Part shown: positions 9,495 to 18,335 of the stretch, piece by piece
Layout of the letters: every line of letters begins with the position of its first letter
Position numbering within the stretch: position 1 is the stretch's first letter
NCBI RefSeq assembly: GCF_003367075.2
Contig: NZ_CP065936.1
Coordinates: 630,001-662,000, forward strand
DNA: 32,000 bases
Origin: Cylindrospermopsis raciborskii Cr2010
GTDB lineage: Bacteria > Cyanobacteriota > Cyanobacteriia > Cyanobacteriales > Nostocaceae
Direction of reading: 5' to 3'
The notes under the pieces: model-generated
Seen by the model: the letters and a program-made list of their open reading frames with translations, nothing else
Database searches by the model: none
What the model was told of the DNA's origin: nothing
Made by a program: the position numbers and the translations under genes

Positions 9495-10190
9495 ATGATC
9501 AATATAATTTTAGTTCCCCAGGGAGCAGAACACCAAGTAGTTTGTAAGGGAATAAATGGAGCCCACAATGCCAAAATACAGGTTATTGGCATTCCTATAG
9601 GAATATCATCACTCAAACCGTTTCTCAAAAACAATTACCCACACTGGAATCCATACCTAAACCGACAGGTTTTATTAATGGGGTTATGTGGTAGTTTACA
9701 CCCAGATTATGGAGTTGGCAATATTGTACTATATGAAACTTGTATATATGAAACAAATCAAGTAAACCAGATAAATTGCGATGTAAATCTAACCAAGGAT
9801 ATATATAAGCATCTTAGAGATCAGGCATTTTTAGTAAGGGGAGTTAAGGGAATAACGAGTGACACCGTAGTTTCCAAATCTGTGGAAAAGGGGGGTCTGC
9901 ATCGAAAATTTGGGGTTGATGTGGTGGATATGGAAGGATTTGGATTCCTGGAGTTTTTCCAGGGAACAGGGATATCCACCGCCATACTGAGAGTTGTCAG
10001 TGACGACTCCACCCATAACATACCAGACTTGTCTAAAACTATCAACCCCAATGGTTCACTAGAAATTTTACCCTTGCTTATAGCTTTAACTCAACAACCC
10101 ATAGCTGCTAGTCACTTAATTAGCGGTTCATTGCGGGGATTAAAACAATTAGAAAAGTTGGCTAGGTGTTTAGCAACTTGGCAGCAATAA
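9495..10190 (+). CDS. phosphorylase-superfamily protein (PNP/UDP-1 fold, MTA/SAH-nucleosidase-like)
   Basis: 231 aa: VLLMGLCGSLHPDYGVGNIVL...GITSDTVV...GVDVVDMEGFGFLEF...AILRVVSDD. This follows the nucleoside phosphorylase/nucleosidase motif order. Confidence 0.6.
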   Translation: MINIILVPQGAEHQVVCKGINGAHNAKIQVIGIPIGISSLKPFLKNNYPHWNPYLNRQVLLMGLCGSLHPDYGVGNIVLYETCIYETNQVNQINCDVNLTKDIYKHLRDQAFLVRGVKGITSDTVVSKSVEKGGLHRKFGVDVVDMEGFGFLEFFQGTGISTAILRVVSDDSTHNIPDLSKTINPNGSLEILPLLIALTQQPIAASHLISGSLRGLKQLEKLARCLATWQQ

Positions 10191-10242
10191 GTCTCTGAGG
10201 TATGACTTTAGCTAGAACGCTGATTAAAGAATAATTTCATAT

Positions 10243-10479
10243 TCACATTGAAGCTATTAGTACTTGAGAATCAAAAAACATTTCAAAATAACCATCAGGC
10301 ACAAGTTGACGCAGATGCTGAATATAGCCATCCGCATCTGACTTACTGCGAAAGCGGGCAACAACAACACGCTGATCATCTTCTGCTACACGAGCTACAG
10401 TCCAACCATTGAGGCGATTTTTATAAGAAATCGCCTTTTTTTCTAGTTTTGTGTTTTTGTATCCGGTATCTTGTGGCAT
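10243..10479 (-). CDS. small hypothetical protein (78 aa)
   Basis: Clean ATG ORF with ordinary, non-repetitive composition and no overlapping competitor ORF. I recognise no family. Confidence 0.5.
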   Translation of the reverse strand: MPQDTGYKNTKLEKKAISYKNRLNGWTVARVAEDDQRVVVARFRSKSDADGYIQHLRQLVPDGYFEMFFDSQVLIASM

Positions 10480-10589
10480 AATTATACTATCCCTATGAAT
10501 TTGATCGGCGTTAGTGTATCTCTTAGGGGGGAAACACTAGCGCCTTTAATTGATTGACGATGCCACTTTGTTATTATATAATTTTTTAA

Positions 10590-10617
10590 TTGTCAACACT
10601 TAGTGCAACTGTATATT
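10590..10617 (+). promoter_or_regulatory. candidate sigma70-type promoter for the ATP-grasp gene
   Basis: TTGTCA (10590-10595), a 16-nt spacer, then TATATT (10612-10617). It lies about 45 nt upstream of the ATG at 10664. Confidence 0.35.
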
Positions 10618-10663
10618 TATAATACAGCTAAACGGTAATATTAATAACCATATTAAAGAAACT

Positions 10664-11650
10664 ATGAGATTTACAGCATCGGTTTTGCAGAAGATAGCCA
10701 CAGAAATAGGTGCAAAGATTTTGATAGAACCGGAATATGAACTAATAGGCCACATAACCTTTCGCAATGGTAAGAGAACAGTCTTTCGTAATACAAGATT
10801 TAATATTAATGGATTTGGCTCAGCTAATTTAGCCCAAGATAAGGCCTTTTCTAATTACTTTTTGGGTACTCTTGGTTATAAAGTAACAGAAGGCAAGACA
10901 TTTTTCAGCGATAAAATGTGTCAAAAGGTAGCTAATCCCAGAAACATAGATGAAGGTTGGCAATACGCGGAGAAATTAGGTCTACCTGTTATTGTGAAAC
11001 CTTTGAATCTCAGTTCAGGAATTCTAGTCACTAAGGTATATAATAAAAACGAATATTATGAAGTGGCAAAAAAAATATTTAATGTACAATCAGTCCTAAT
11101 TGTGGAAAGATTTTATCTTGGTAATGATTTTAGAATTTTAGTCCTAGATAATGAAGTTATGGCTGCTTATCAGAGAATTCCCCTATCCATAATTGGGAAT
11201 GGCAAGTCCACCATTTTAGAACTACTCACAATAAAACAGGAAGAATTGGTCAAAAAAGTTGAAAAGATATCAATTGATCTAGCTGACTTCCGAATTTTTA
11301 AAAACCTCCAAAAACAAAATCTCACTTTTGAGAGTATAGTTCCCCAAGGGATGATAGTTTATCTGTTAGATAATGCCAATCTCTCCGCAGGTGGTCAAGC
11401 AGTAGATATGACTGACAACATCCATCCTGATTTTCAACAACTGGCGATTAATATTACTAAGGATATGGGTTTAAGATTAGCAGGTGTGGATATTCTCACT
11501 CAAAATATTACCCAACCACTAGTAGACTACACCCTCTTGGAGGTTAACAGCGCTCCTGGGTTGACTCATTATGCTTCCCTGGGGGAAAAGCAAAGACAGC
11601 AGGTGGAACATCTATATCGCAAAATTCTCCAAGAATTGGAAAAGGGATAA
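10664..11650 (+). CDS. stand-alone ATP-grasp ligase resembling the G (ATP-grasp) domain of cyanophycin synthetase
   Basis: 328 aa: LPVIVKPLNLSSGILV...LIVERFYLGNDFRILVLDNEVMAAYQRIP..IIGNGKSTILELL...NLSAGGQAVDMTDNIHPDF...GLRLAGVDIL...LLEVNSAPGLTHY. This is the motif order of the CphA/RimK-type ATP-grasp. No Mur-ligase-like domain follows. Confidence 0.8.
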   Translation: MRFTASVLQKIATEIGAKILIEPEYELIGHITFRNGKRTVFRNTRFNINGFGSANLAQDKAFSNYFLGTLGYKVTEGKTFFSDKMCQKVANPRNIDEGWQYAEKLGLPVIVKPLNLSSGILVTKVYNKNEYYEVAKKIFNVQSVLIVERFYLGNDFRILVLDNEVMAAYQRIPLSIIGNGKSTILELLTIKQEELVKKVEKISIDLADFRIFKNLQKQNLTFESIVPQGMIVYLLDNANLSAGGQAVDMTDNIHPDFQQLAINITKDMGLRLAGVDILTQNITQPLVDYTLLEVNSAPGLTHYASLGEKQRQQVEHLYRKILQELEKG

Positions 11651-11817
11651 TTTAAGATAGAAATTAGCACTCTCCACTTCTAATTGCTAAGTTTTTAAGA
11701 AATTTTAAAAATCATTTATTGAGGTAAAAACCGTCTATTTTTCCAGTTATAGTTAATTTATAGTTAAATGTGAAGTCTGTCAACTTAATAACTGAACAGC
11801 TAAATTGGAGGATGGGA

Positions 11818-12180
11818 ATGAGGTACACTTTTGATATTATAGGGGTGTCTCCAGTACTGTACTTTTTCAATCATCAACAGCAAAGTTTAGATAGAAACCT
11901 AACTAAACCACGAAACCAACGGGTTGAATATTTGGGAACTCAAATTTGTACCCTGGATGAATTTCTCCAATCCGCAGAATCCGTGGTCAACACCAAGAGT
12001 TGGAATTTGAATGAGGTGGTCAACACCGTCATTGAGTTTTGGTTGCATAATCCGGATACTATTCAATATTGGAAAACTAGATTGAAAGATGCGGGTAGGG
12101 ATAACTTGTTAGTAGCTAGACTAGCAGATATAAAAGCCTTGCAGGCAGAATTTGAATCTTTATTGGGTTATGGGTCTTGA
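11818..12180 (+). CDS. hypothetical protein (about 120 aa)
   Basis: The ORF is open from a GTG at 11770. I prefer the ATG at 11818 (MRYTFDIIGVSPVL...), which has a GGAGG 7 nt upstream. I cannot name a family with confidence. Confidence 0.55.
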   Translation: MRYTFDIIGVSPVLYFFNHQQQSLDRNLTKPRNQRVEYLGTQICTLDEFLQSAESVVNTKSWNLNEVVNTVIEFWLHNPDTIQYWKTRLKDAGRDNLLVARLADIKALQAEFESLLGYGS

Positions 12181-12243
12181 CAGACTTAGTATCCCCCAGA
12201 GCTAAAGCTGGGGGAATGGTAATAAGTCTAAGCAATTCTAAAA

Positions 12244-13875
12244 TCAAGATCTCAAATTCAGTGCCATACGTGACTCAAAATATTGCTGTATTTGTTCAAC
12301 AATACCCTTTTTGTCTAACATATCCGCTGGTAGTTCTTGGAGAGAACCACTTAAATAAGTATGGTAATATTGGCTAACTTGTTCAGCGATGACACTAATA
12401 GCTATACCATCCCGGTCTAGGGCGCTCAAAAGTGCATTGGGAGTGATACCCAAAATTTGGCTTTCCTCTATGGTAGTGATTTTGATCTTGGGTAAAGGTT
12501 GTCCAAGGAAAAGACTCATCTCCCCAAAGAAATCTCCTGCTATCAATTCCTCCGTGGGAGCTAGTGGTTGGTGCAGGAGAAACTCTTCTCTTTGTTGTGG
12601 ATTGTGAATCTCAGTGGAGAGGGTTAAATAAAGATTATATAGAGAGGGAGCTGTTTTAGCTGCTTCTTTAGTTAGGGAAAAGGCCACTGGGCCTATGTAC
12701 TTAGCTAGTTGTACGGATACTTGCTCAATCACTGGTGGTTTGAGAGCAAGACTGGCGCGATAATCATTTTGTGGGTTTCGATTTAGGGGAATAGTAATAT
12801 TACCCTCTGAAGTATGAATTAATTCATTTTGTACCAAAATAGAGCCGCTTCCTACCAGAAACATGCCCCCGGAAAATAGTTGTTGATTATCCAATAACTC
12901 CTCTCTGTCAAACAACAAAGTTTTAGATTCCTCAATGATTAAGCTTTTAGCTTCCAGACTTAAATCTCTAAAAAACTCAACAGCATTAACCAGTTGCAAT
13001 AGATGTTGTTTTTCCGACTGCTGATATTCAGTAGTTAAACCAGCACGATTGAGAGCGTACCAAAGTCGACAACGAATTTCCGGATCTGTATGGGTTTCCG
13101 CCTCACTGTAGTTTTTCGGATAGTAGAAGAGTTTGTAGTTTATTTCCTCCAAACCATAGGACCACATTCTAGCAAATAAAGGCTTATCCAGATTAACATT
13201 TGCTGGAGGTTGATTAATTAAGGCTTTGCAGGCAATATCCATAACCTGGTTGGGGGGAATATTGGGAGGAACGGTGAAGTCCACCATACGATAGACGTTA
13301 CCCGCAGCTGCCATTTTTACTAGGTTTTTAGCTATTGACCCGTTAGGAATATAAGTAATTTCACCGGATTTTTGGCGAATATCTGTAGAATCCCAATCAA
13401 CTGATTCTACAACCCCTTCTACCATCATGCCATCTAGTGCTTGAAATTCAATCCAATCACCAATTTGAAAAGGTTGGTTTATTTGCAGAAAAACACCCGA
13501 GAGCAAATTACCTAAGGGTTCTTGCATGGCAAACCCAACCACTGCTGCGAATAAGGCAGATGTAGTAAAGAATTGAGTTGTGTCTTTTCCTAAAACTTGT
13601 AAAACTACAGCAGCAGCTATGCCATAAAGAACGACGGAAACTGTAAACTTCAATAACTTAGATGGCTGTTTTCCTTGCTTGTGGGTGAACCAAAAATCAA
13701 TGATTAAAAAAGAAAGTGTGTTAACAAACACCACAGTAATGCTAATTAAAACAACAATCTTGAGTATTTCGATGATTACTGGCAAAATCTGTTCGGGGTT
13801 ACTCAATACGAAAACATAAGAGAACAAAAGACATCCAGTCAATCCAGCTTGAAAAAGCAGAAGAAAATTTTTCAT
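12244..13875 (-). CDS. MscS-family mechanosensitive channel with a C-terminal cyclic-nucleotide-binding-like domain (bCNG-type architecture)
   Basis: Four or more N-terminal hydrophobic helices and the MscS signature PLGNLLSGVFLQINQPFQIGDWIEF. The CNB-like tail reads FFRDLSLEAKSLI...MFLVGSGSILV ... GDFFGEMSLFLGQP. The ORF track starts at a TTG (13887); the ATG at 13875 is more likely. Confidence 0.85.
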   Translation of the reverse strand: MKNFLLLFQAGLTGCLLFSYVFVLSNPEQILPVIIEILKIVVLISITVVFVNTLSFLIIDFWFTHKQGKQPSKLLKFTVSVVLYGIAAAVVLQVLGKDTTQFFTTSALFAAVVGFAMQEPLGNLLSGVFLQINQPFQIGDWIEFQALDGMMVEGVVESVDWDSTDIRQKSGEITYIPNGSIAKNLVKMAAAGNVYRMVDFTVPPNIPPNQVMDIACKALINQPPANVNLDKPLFARMWSYGLEEINYKLFYYPKNYSEAETHTDPEIRCRLWYALNRAGLTTEYQQSEKQHLLQLVNAVEFFRDLSLEAKSLIIEESKTLLFDREELLDNQQLFSGGMFLVGSGSILVQNELIHTSEGNITIPLNRNPQNDYRASLALKPPVIEQVSVQLAKYIGPVAFSLTKEAAKTAPSLYNLYLTLSTEIHNPQQREEFLLHQPLAPTEELIAGDFFGEMSLFLGQPLPKIKITTIEESQILGITPNALLSALDRDGIAISVIAEQVSQYYHTYLSGSLQELPADMLDKKGIVEQIQQYFESRMALNLRS

Positions 13876-13913
13876 GTCCTCCACCAATTAGTAATTATTG
13901 AACAAAAACATTG

Positions 13914-14882
13914 TTACTGTTGTTGTGGTGATTTTAAAGCCTTATTAAGGCTGATCAAAAGACGATTAATGGATCGGTTTAGATGATTTAGGGGGTTAGA
14001 TTTATCCTCTGGTAATTGTGCCCCTTCCGCTTGATGTAGGCTAACTTCTTCTAAGAGGTGGGTGATAAAATCTAGTGGTTTGGTTACCCAACGATATATA
14101 ATTATGATTACTGCTGTGTATGCGACTAGAAATATACTGGCAATCGCCAACAAATAAGAGCCAATAGATGTGTGAGCTTCGTTGTACTGAACAATAGAGG
14201 GGACAGAGATTATTCTAGCTCCCACCACCTCATTTAACTTCCACCCAAAACCATTTTCACTACCATAGGCCTTGATTAGGGAAGCAGGTGCCCTTTCAGG
14301 TGTACTGTGACATACCAAACAGCTTTCTTTAGTGATTTGAATTGGCTTGGCAATATAATAGGTTTTTTGCTTAGTCAAAGTGTCAAACCTTTCGCCCATT
14401 TTTTGTGGTGCTTTGGGATTTTCAGCAAAGTAATTAATAATTTCCAGTTCCCAAGGTGCTGCTAAATCTTTGCGATTAGTTGGGTTTATGGCAGTCTCAC
14501 GATAGCTATATCCGTTCTTATTTTTCTCCAATTGGTTTAACACCTGCTGAGCAGCATAGGAAGGAACAGTAACTCTATTAAACCCAGCTACTTCCGTTTC
14601 TGTTTGTTGGTAGCCTTGGGCTTGATTATTACCGCCTTGGATAGCCTGATCAGCAGCAGGAGCTTTTAATGATGTTTCAATCAGGTCAAATTGGGGTTTA
14701 ACCTGATTAGACGTATAATCCCTAATTGCTGCTGCTGTATCTAAAAGGATTACCGCAGTGCGAAGGATATCTTTTTTGGCTTTATTAAATTCCAGGGACC
14801 ATGTTGATAGTCCACAGATCAACCATCCGGTGAAAAAAATACTAAATATGACAAATACTAGTCTTGTTTGTAGTTGCTTCAT
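13914..14882 (-). CDS. DUF3365 (Tll0287-like) c-type-heme sensor domain protein with a TM helix and HAMP-like tail; no output domain
   Basis: 322 aa: N-terminal TM, an extracytoplasmic domain carrying CLVCH (CxxCH, 14307-14321), a second TM (LLAIASIFLVAYTAVIIIIY), then WVTKPLDFITHLLEEV...LNRSINRLLISLN and the stop. Confidence 0.75.
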   Translation of the reverse strand: MKQLQTRLVFVIFSIFFTGWLICGLSTWSLEFNKAKKDILRTAVILLDTAAAIRDYTSNQVKPQFDLIETSLKAPAADQAIQGGNNQAQGYQQTETEVAGFNRVTVPSYAAQQVLNQLEKNKNGYSYRETAINPTNRKDLAAPWELEIINYFAENPKAPQKMGERFDTLTKQKTYYIAKPIQITKESCLVCHSTPERAPASLIKAYGSENGFGWKLNEVVGARIISVPSIVQYNEAHTSIGSYLLAIASIFLVAYTAVIIIIYRWVTKPLDFITHLLEEVSLHQAEGAQLPEDKSNPLNHLNRSINRLLISLNKALKSPQQQ

Positions 14883-15095
14883 AAAATTTAAAACCTAGTT
14901 TCTCAATTTTATCTGGCGATCGCTAACGAAAGTGCAAGGTTGGGAGCACCTATTTAGATGTTTCAACGTTTGTTTCTCGCATTTCCTTTGAGCTTTTAGC
15001 CCCTAGTTACACTCTAAATGAATATATTGTTAGGCAAGTCCCAGAACACTATATCACAACATACAGATAATTCCAAGTTTATTTTGAGTGGTACA

Positions 15096-15611
15096 CTACC
15101 GACAAAGTAGAGTCTCTCTTGTATCTCTACCTGTAGTGGGGTTAATTCCCTTTGCTACTTCACATAGTTTATTTTGTTCATCACGACGTAACAACACATC
15201 AGTAAAGTCCGCACCTACAATAATTGCACCATCAAATTTAGCACTAGCTGCAAATGCACCTTCTAAAATAGCATTAGTCAAATTAGCTCTAATAAAACGT
15301 GCAGAATCTAAAGTGGCATTGGTTAAATCAGCACCAGTGAAATTTGCTGATTCCAGATTAGCAGCAAAGAAACTGACCCCGCTGAGATTAGAACCACTAA
15401 AATCACTTTGACGAAGATTGGCTTTGGTAAAACTAGAATCTCTTAAGTCCCTTTGGGAAAAATTTGCTCCGATCAAAATTTCTTTGTTGTATTCTAGTGC
15501 TAAAGCTGTTGATGTTATACCTACTAAACAAGTTAGGGGTATGATTACCAACAACGATAAACTGAGGATCACTAGAAAAATCTGATTTTTAAAAACTCGT
15601 TTAATATTCAT
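15096..15611 (-). CDS. pentapeptide-repeat protein with N-terminal signal/TM segment (thylakoid-lumen type)
   Basis: 171 aa. Hydrophobic N-terminus IFLVILSLSLLVIIPL, then tandem A(D/N)LXX units: ANFSQRDLRDSSFTKANLRQSDFSGSNLSGVSFFAANLESANFTGADLTNATL... Confidence 0.85.
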   Translation of the reverse strand: MNIKRVFKNQIFLVILSLSLLVIIPLTCLVGITSTALALEYNKEILIGANFSQRDLRDSSFTKANLRQSDFSGSNLSGVSFFAANLESANFTGADLTNATLDSARFIRANLTNAILEGAFAASAKFDGAIIVGADFTDVLLRRDEQNKLCEVAKGINPTTGRDTRETLLCR

Positions 15612-15645
15612 AAGAATGGATTAGTAATCACCTGAATTGTAATTG

Positions 15646-16149
15646 ATGTCTAAACTTCCTTCATCTAATTATGGCAAAATTGGTCTCACAGGAGAAGATC
15701 TAGTGACCAAATGGTTAAAATCCAAGGGTTGGCAAATTCTCCATAGTCGTTTTTCTTGTCGTTGGGGTGAGGTAGATATTATTGCCCAGTATGACAATAA
15801 AACTCTTGTACCAACAAGTGTTAATTGCAAAACACCCCTTCTCGCCTTTGTAGAAGTGAAAACCCGTAGCGCTGGTAATTGGGACGCGGGAGGGAAAGAC
15901 TCGGTTACCACGAACAAACAAAGGAAAATCCTGATCGCGGCCGAAATGTTTTTAGCCAAGCATCCAGACAAAGCAGACTACTCTTGTCGTTTTGACGTAG
16001 CTAGTGTTTTTTATAAAAAGTCTATCCCTAAAAAGCAGGTAATTCAACCAAAAGCATTGGCTAGCTTGTCTACTCAAGAATACGAGTTTATACTCTGGGA
16101 TTACATAGAATCCGCTTTTGATATATCAGCAAGATTAAGTAGTATTTAG
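15646..16149 (+). CDS. yraN: YraN-family (UPF0102) endonuclease-like protein
   Basis: GEDLVTKWLKSKGWQILHSRFSCRWGEVDIIAQ...LAFVEVKTRS, a PD-(D/E)XK-type YraN signature. The ATG lies one codon after the TTG at 15643. Confidence 0.8.
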   Translation: MSKLPSSNYGKIGLTGEDLVTKWLKSKGWQILHSRFSCRWGEVDIIAQYDNKTLVPTSVNCKTPLLAFVEVKTRSAGNWDAGGKDSVTTNKQRKILIAAEMFLAKHPDKADYSCRFDVASVFYKKSIPKKQVIQPKALASLSTQEYEFILWDYIESAFDISARLSSI

Positions 16150-16161
16150 GGTAAAATGGAA

Positions 16162-16182
16162 GGTGTGGGGTTATCCCACGCC
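16162..16182. terminator. candidate bidirectional terminator hairpin between convergent yraN and asnS
   Basis: GGTGTGGG (16162-16169) pairs with CCCACGCC (16175-16182), 8 bp including one G-U, with loop GTTAT. On the minus strand it is followed by TTCCATTTTA. Confidence 0.4.
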
Positions 16183-16227
16183 CTAATTAACTTACCCTAA
16201 TTAAGTTGTATCCAAATTAAAACTCTA

Positions 16228-17619
16228 TTAAAAGTCTGCACTCTGTGGTGTACGAGGAAAGGGAATGACATCTCTAATGTTTCCTATACCCGTCATAAAT
16301 TGCACTAACCTTTCAAATCCTAGACCAAACCCCGCATGGGGTACGGTTCCGTAACGACGTAGATCCAAGTACCACCATAAATCTTCTGGTTTCATCCCCT
16401 GGGCTAAAATTCTTCTCTCTAAAATATCCAGTCTTTCTTCCCTTTGGGAACCACCAATAATTTCGCCTATTTTAGGAGCTAAAATATCCATGGCACGTAC
16501 GGTTTTCCCATCATTATTTAATTTCATATAAAATGCCTTGATTTGTGCAGGATAATCCGTAACAATTACTGGCTTTTTAAAAAGCTGCTCTGCTAGGTAA
16601 CGCTCGTGTTCTGACTGCAAATCTAAGCCCCATTCTACCGGGTAATCAAATTTGACTTCTGCTTTCTCTAAAATTTGGATGGCATCTGTATAGCTCAATC
16701 TCTCAAACTGGTTGTTAACAATATTTTCCGCTGTCTCCAATACGGTGTTGTCAATTCTTTGATTGAAAAACTCCATATCTTGTTCACAGTTTTCCATCAC
16801 ATATCGGAAAATATGTTTAAGAAATTCTTCTGCTAAGTTCATATCACCTTCTAAGTCGCAAAAGGCCATTTCTGGCTCTACCATCCAAAACTCTGCCAAA
16901 TGTCTAGAAGTGTGAGAATTTTCTGCTCTAAATGTTGGTCCAAAGGTATAAACGTTGGTAAATGCCATGGCCATAATTTCTGCTTCTAATTGCCCACTCA
17001 CCGTTAAATAGGTGGGTTTGCCAAAAAAATCTTGACTGTAATCTACATCTTGGTTCTCTTTCCGGGGAATATCTTGCAAATTCAAACTGGTGACGCTAAA
17101 TAATTCTCCTGCTCCCTCACAATCACTAGCAGTTAAAATGGGGGTGTGGACCCACATAAAACCCCTCTGTTGGAAAAACTGATGTATGGCAGTCGCACAA
17201 GCATTTCTCACCCGAAATACCGCCCCAAAGGAGTTGGTTCTACTACGCAGGTGGGCAATGCTTCTCAAAAACTCAAAGGAATGACGTTTCTTTTGTAAAG
17301 GATAAGTCTCTGGATCCGCATCTCCGTAAACTTTTACAGCTTCCGCTTTTAGCTCTATTCTCTGTCCTTTCCCTTGGGATGCAACTAAGACTCCCCCGAC
17401 TTCCACTGAAGCACCCGTATTTATTTGTTTTATGATTGTCTGGTAGTGGGGTAAGTCCTGATTAATAACTATCTGTAAGTTGGCTAAACATGAACCATCA
17501 TTGATTTCTAAAAAGGTAAATCCCTTCAATTCTCGTTTAGTTCTTACCCAACCCTGTACTACTAGCGTTTCTTCAGGTTGACTACTTCTTAGTATTGTGG
17601 CAATTCGATGTTCAATCAT
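16228..17619 (-). CDS. asnS: asparagine--tRNA ligase
   Basis: 463 aa with an N-terminal OB fold ([23 protein letters not shown]) and class II motifs [21 protein letters not shown] and [10 protein letters not shown]. Confidence 0.95.
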   Translation of the reverse strand: MIEHRIATILRSSQPEETLVVQGWVRTKRELKGFTFLEINDGSCLANLQIVINQDLPHYQTIIKQINTGASVEVGGVLVASQGKGQRIELKAEAVKVYGDADPETYPLQKKRHSFEFLRSIAHLRSRTNSFGAVFRVRNACATAIHQFFQQRGFMWVHTPILTASDCEGAGELFSVTSLNLQDIPRKENQDVDYSQDFFGKPTYLTVSGQLEAEIMAMAFTNVYTFGPTFRAENSHTSRHLAEFWMVEPEMAFCDLEGDMNLAEEFLKHIFRYVMENCEQDMEFFNQRIDNTVLETAENIVNNQFERLSYTDAIQILEKAEVKFDYPVEWGLDLQSEHERYLAEQLFKKPVIVTDYPAQIKAFYMKLNNDGKTVRAMDILAPKIGEIIGGSQREERLDILERRILAQGMKPEDLWWYLDLRRYGTVPHAGFGLGFERLVQFMTGIGNIRDVIPFPRTPQSADF

Positions 17620-17681
17620 TTTCTACAACTGGGTTCTTTTGTATAGCTTTGCTGTGCGCATTAGAGCTTGCTACCAATGGC

Positions 17682-17993
17682 TCACATCCATGATTTTAAC
17701 CACCAACCTATAAGAATGCCTAGACCACCAAATCGAATAACTTGCCAAAAGGGTTTGTTTAGACTTCTCCAAGAAATTAATTTACTTTCTAAGTTAATTT
17801 CTATTAGCTCTATCTCTTTTTCTATACGCTTCAACTCCAATCGCATCTCTTTGGCTTTTTGTTGCCATTCGGCTTTTTGTTGTTGATCCCTTTCTATTTG
17901 AGTATATCTTTGTTTTAACAGCATCAGTTCGCTTTCTAACTGCTCTAGTTGTTGCTCAATCTCTCGTTGATAGTTTTCCTTTAGGTTAGTCAT
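17682..17993 (-). CDS. hypothetical coiled-coil protein with a C-terminal TM helix
   Basis: 103 aa. The Q/E/K-rich heptad-like region (EIEQQLEQLESELMLLKQRYTQIERDQQQKAEWQQKAKE) ends in FWQVIRFGGLGILIGWWL. I prefer it to the overlapping + strand ORF 17668-17886, which has poor composition. Confidence 0.5.
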   Translation of the reverse strand: MTNLKENYQREIEQQLEQLESELMLLKQRYTQIERDQQQKAEWQQKAKEMRLELKRIEKEIELIEINLESKLISWRSLNKPFWQVIRFGGLGILIGWWLKSWM

Positions 17994-18077
17994 TGGTTAT
18001 GGACTGGTGTTGGATTATTCGCTATAATAGCCAAGTATCATAACTCTTGTACTTTTGTATATTAGGTTTTAAGTATT

Positions 18078-18335
18078 ATGTCTTTAAACAGTGAGTTAAA
18101 TAATTATAGCACCCTGGAATTAGCTCAAGCTTTGATGGCAAAACTAAGCATCTCCCCCGAGGATTGGCATCGTCTCAAATCACACCGCAATGCTCGGGCT
18201 AGCGAGCTTGTGGCTGCGGCAATGGTGTTTTTGGTCAAAAATGAACCTTTGGAAGCTCAGGCTAGGTTAAATCAGGCTTTGGGTTGGTTGGATAAGTCCG
18301 TATCTGCTCCCCCTTGTCCCAGTCATCACTTATAA
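18078..18335 (+). CDS. small hypothetical protein (85 aa)
   Basis: ATG ORF with plausible helical composition. It overlaps the convergent downstream gene by 10 nt. No family recognised. Confidence 0.45.
   Translation: MSLNSELNNYSTLELAQALMAKLSISPEDWHRLKSHRNARASELVAAAMVFLVKNEPLEAQARLNQALGWLDKSVSAPPCPSHHL

Noticed and set aside
12177-12607. Two + strand ORFs (66 and 72 aa) within the 3' part of the MscS-family gene
   Set aside because: They are antisense to a strongly supported CDS and no motifs are recognised.
15088-15411. 107-aa + strand ORF with a repetitive A/L/K/S pattern
   Set aside because: It is the antisense reading of the pentapeptide-repeat gene (15096-15611, minus strand). The repeat periodicity keeps the opposite strand open. 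The pentapeptide reading has a signal peptide and canonical A(D/N)LXX units.
17668-17886. 72-aa + strand ORF overlapping the coiled-coil gene
   Set aside because: The opposite-strand ORF (17682-17993) is longer and has coherent coiled-coil plus TM architecture. The + strand product looks like an antisense artefact.
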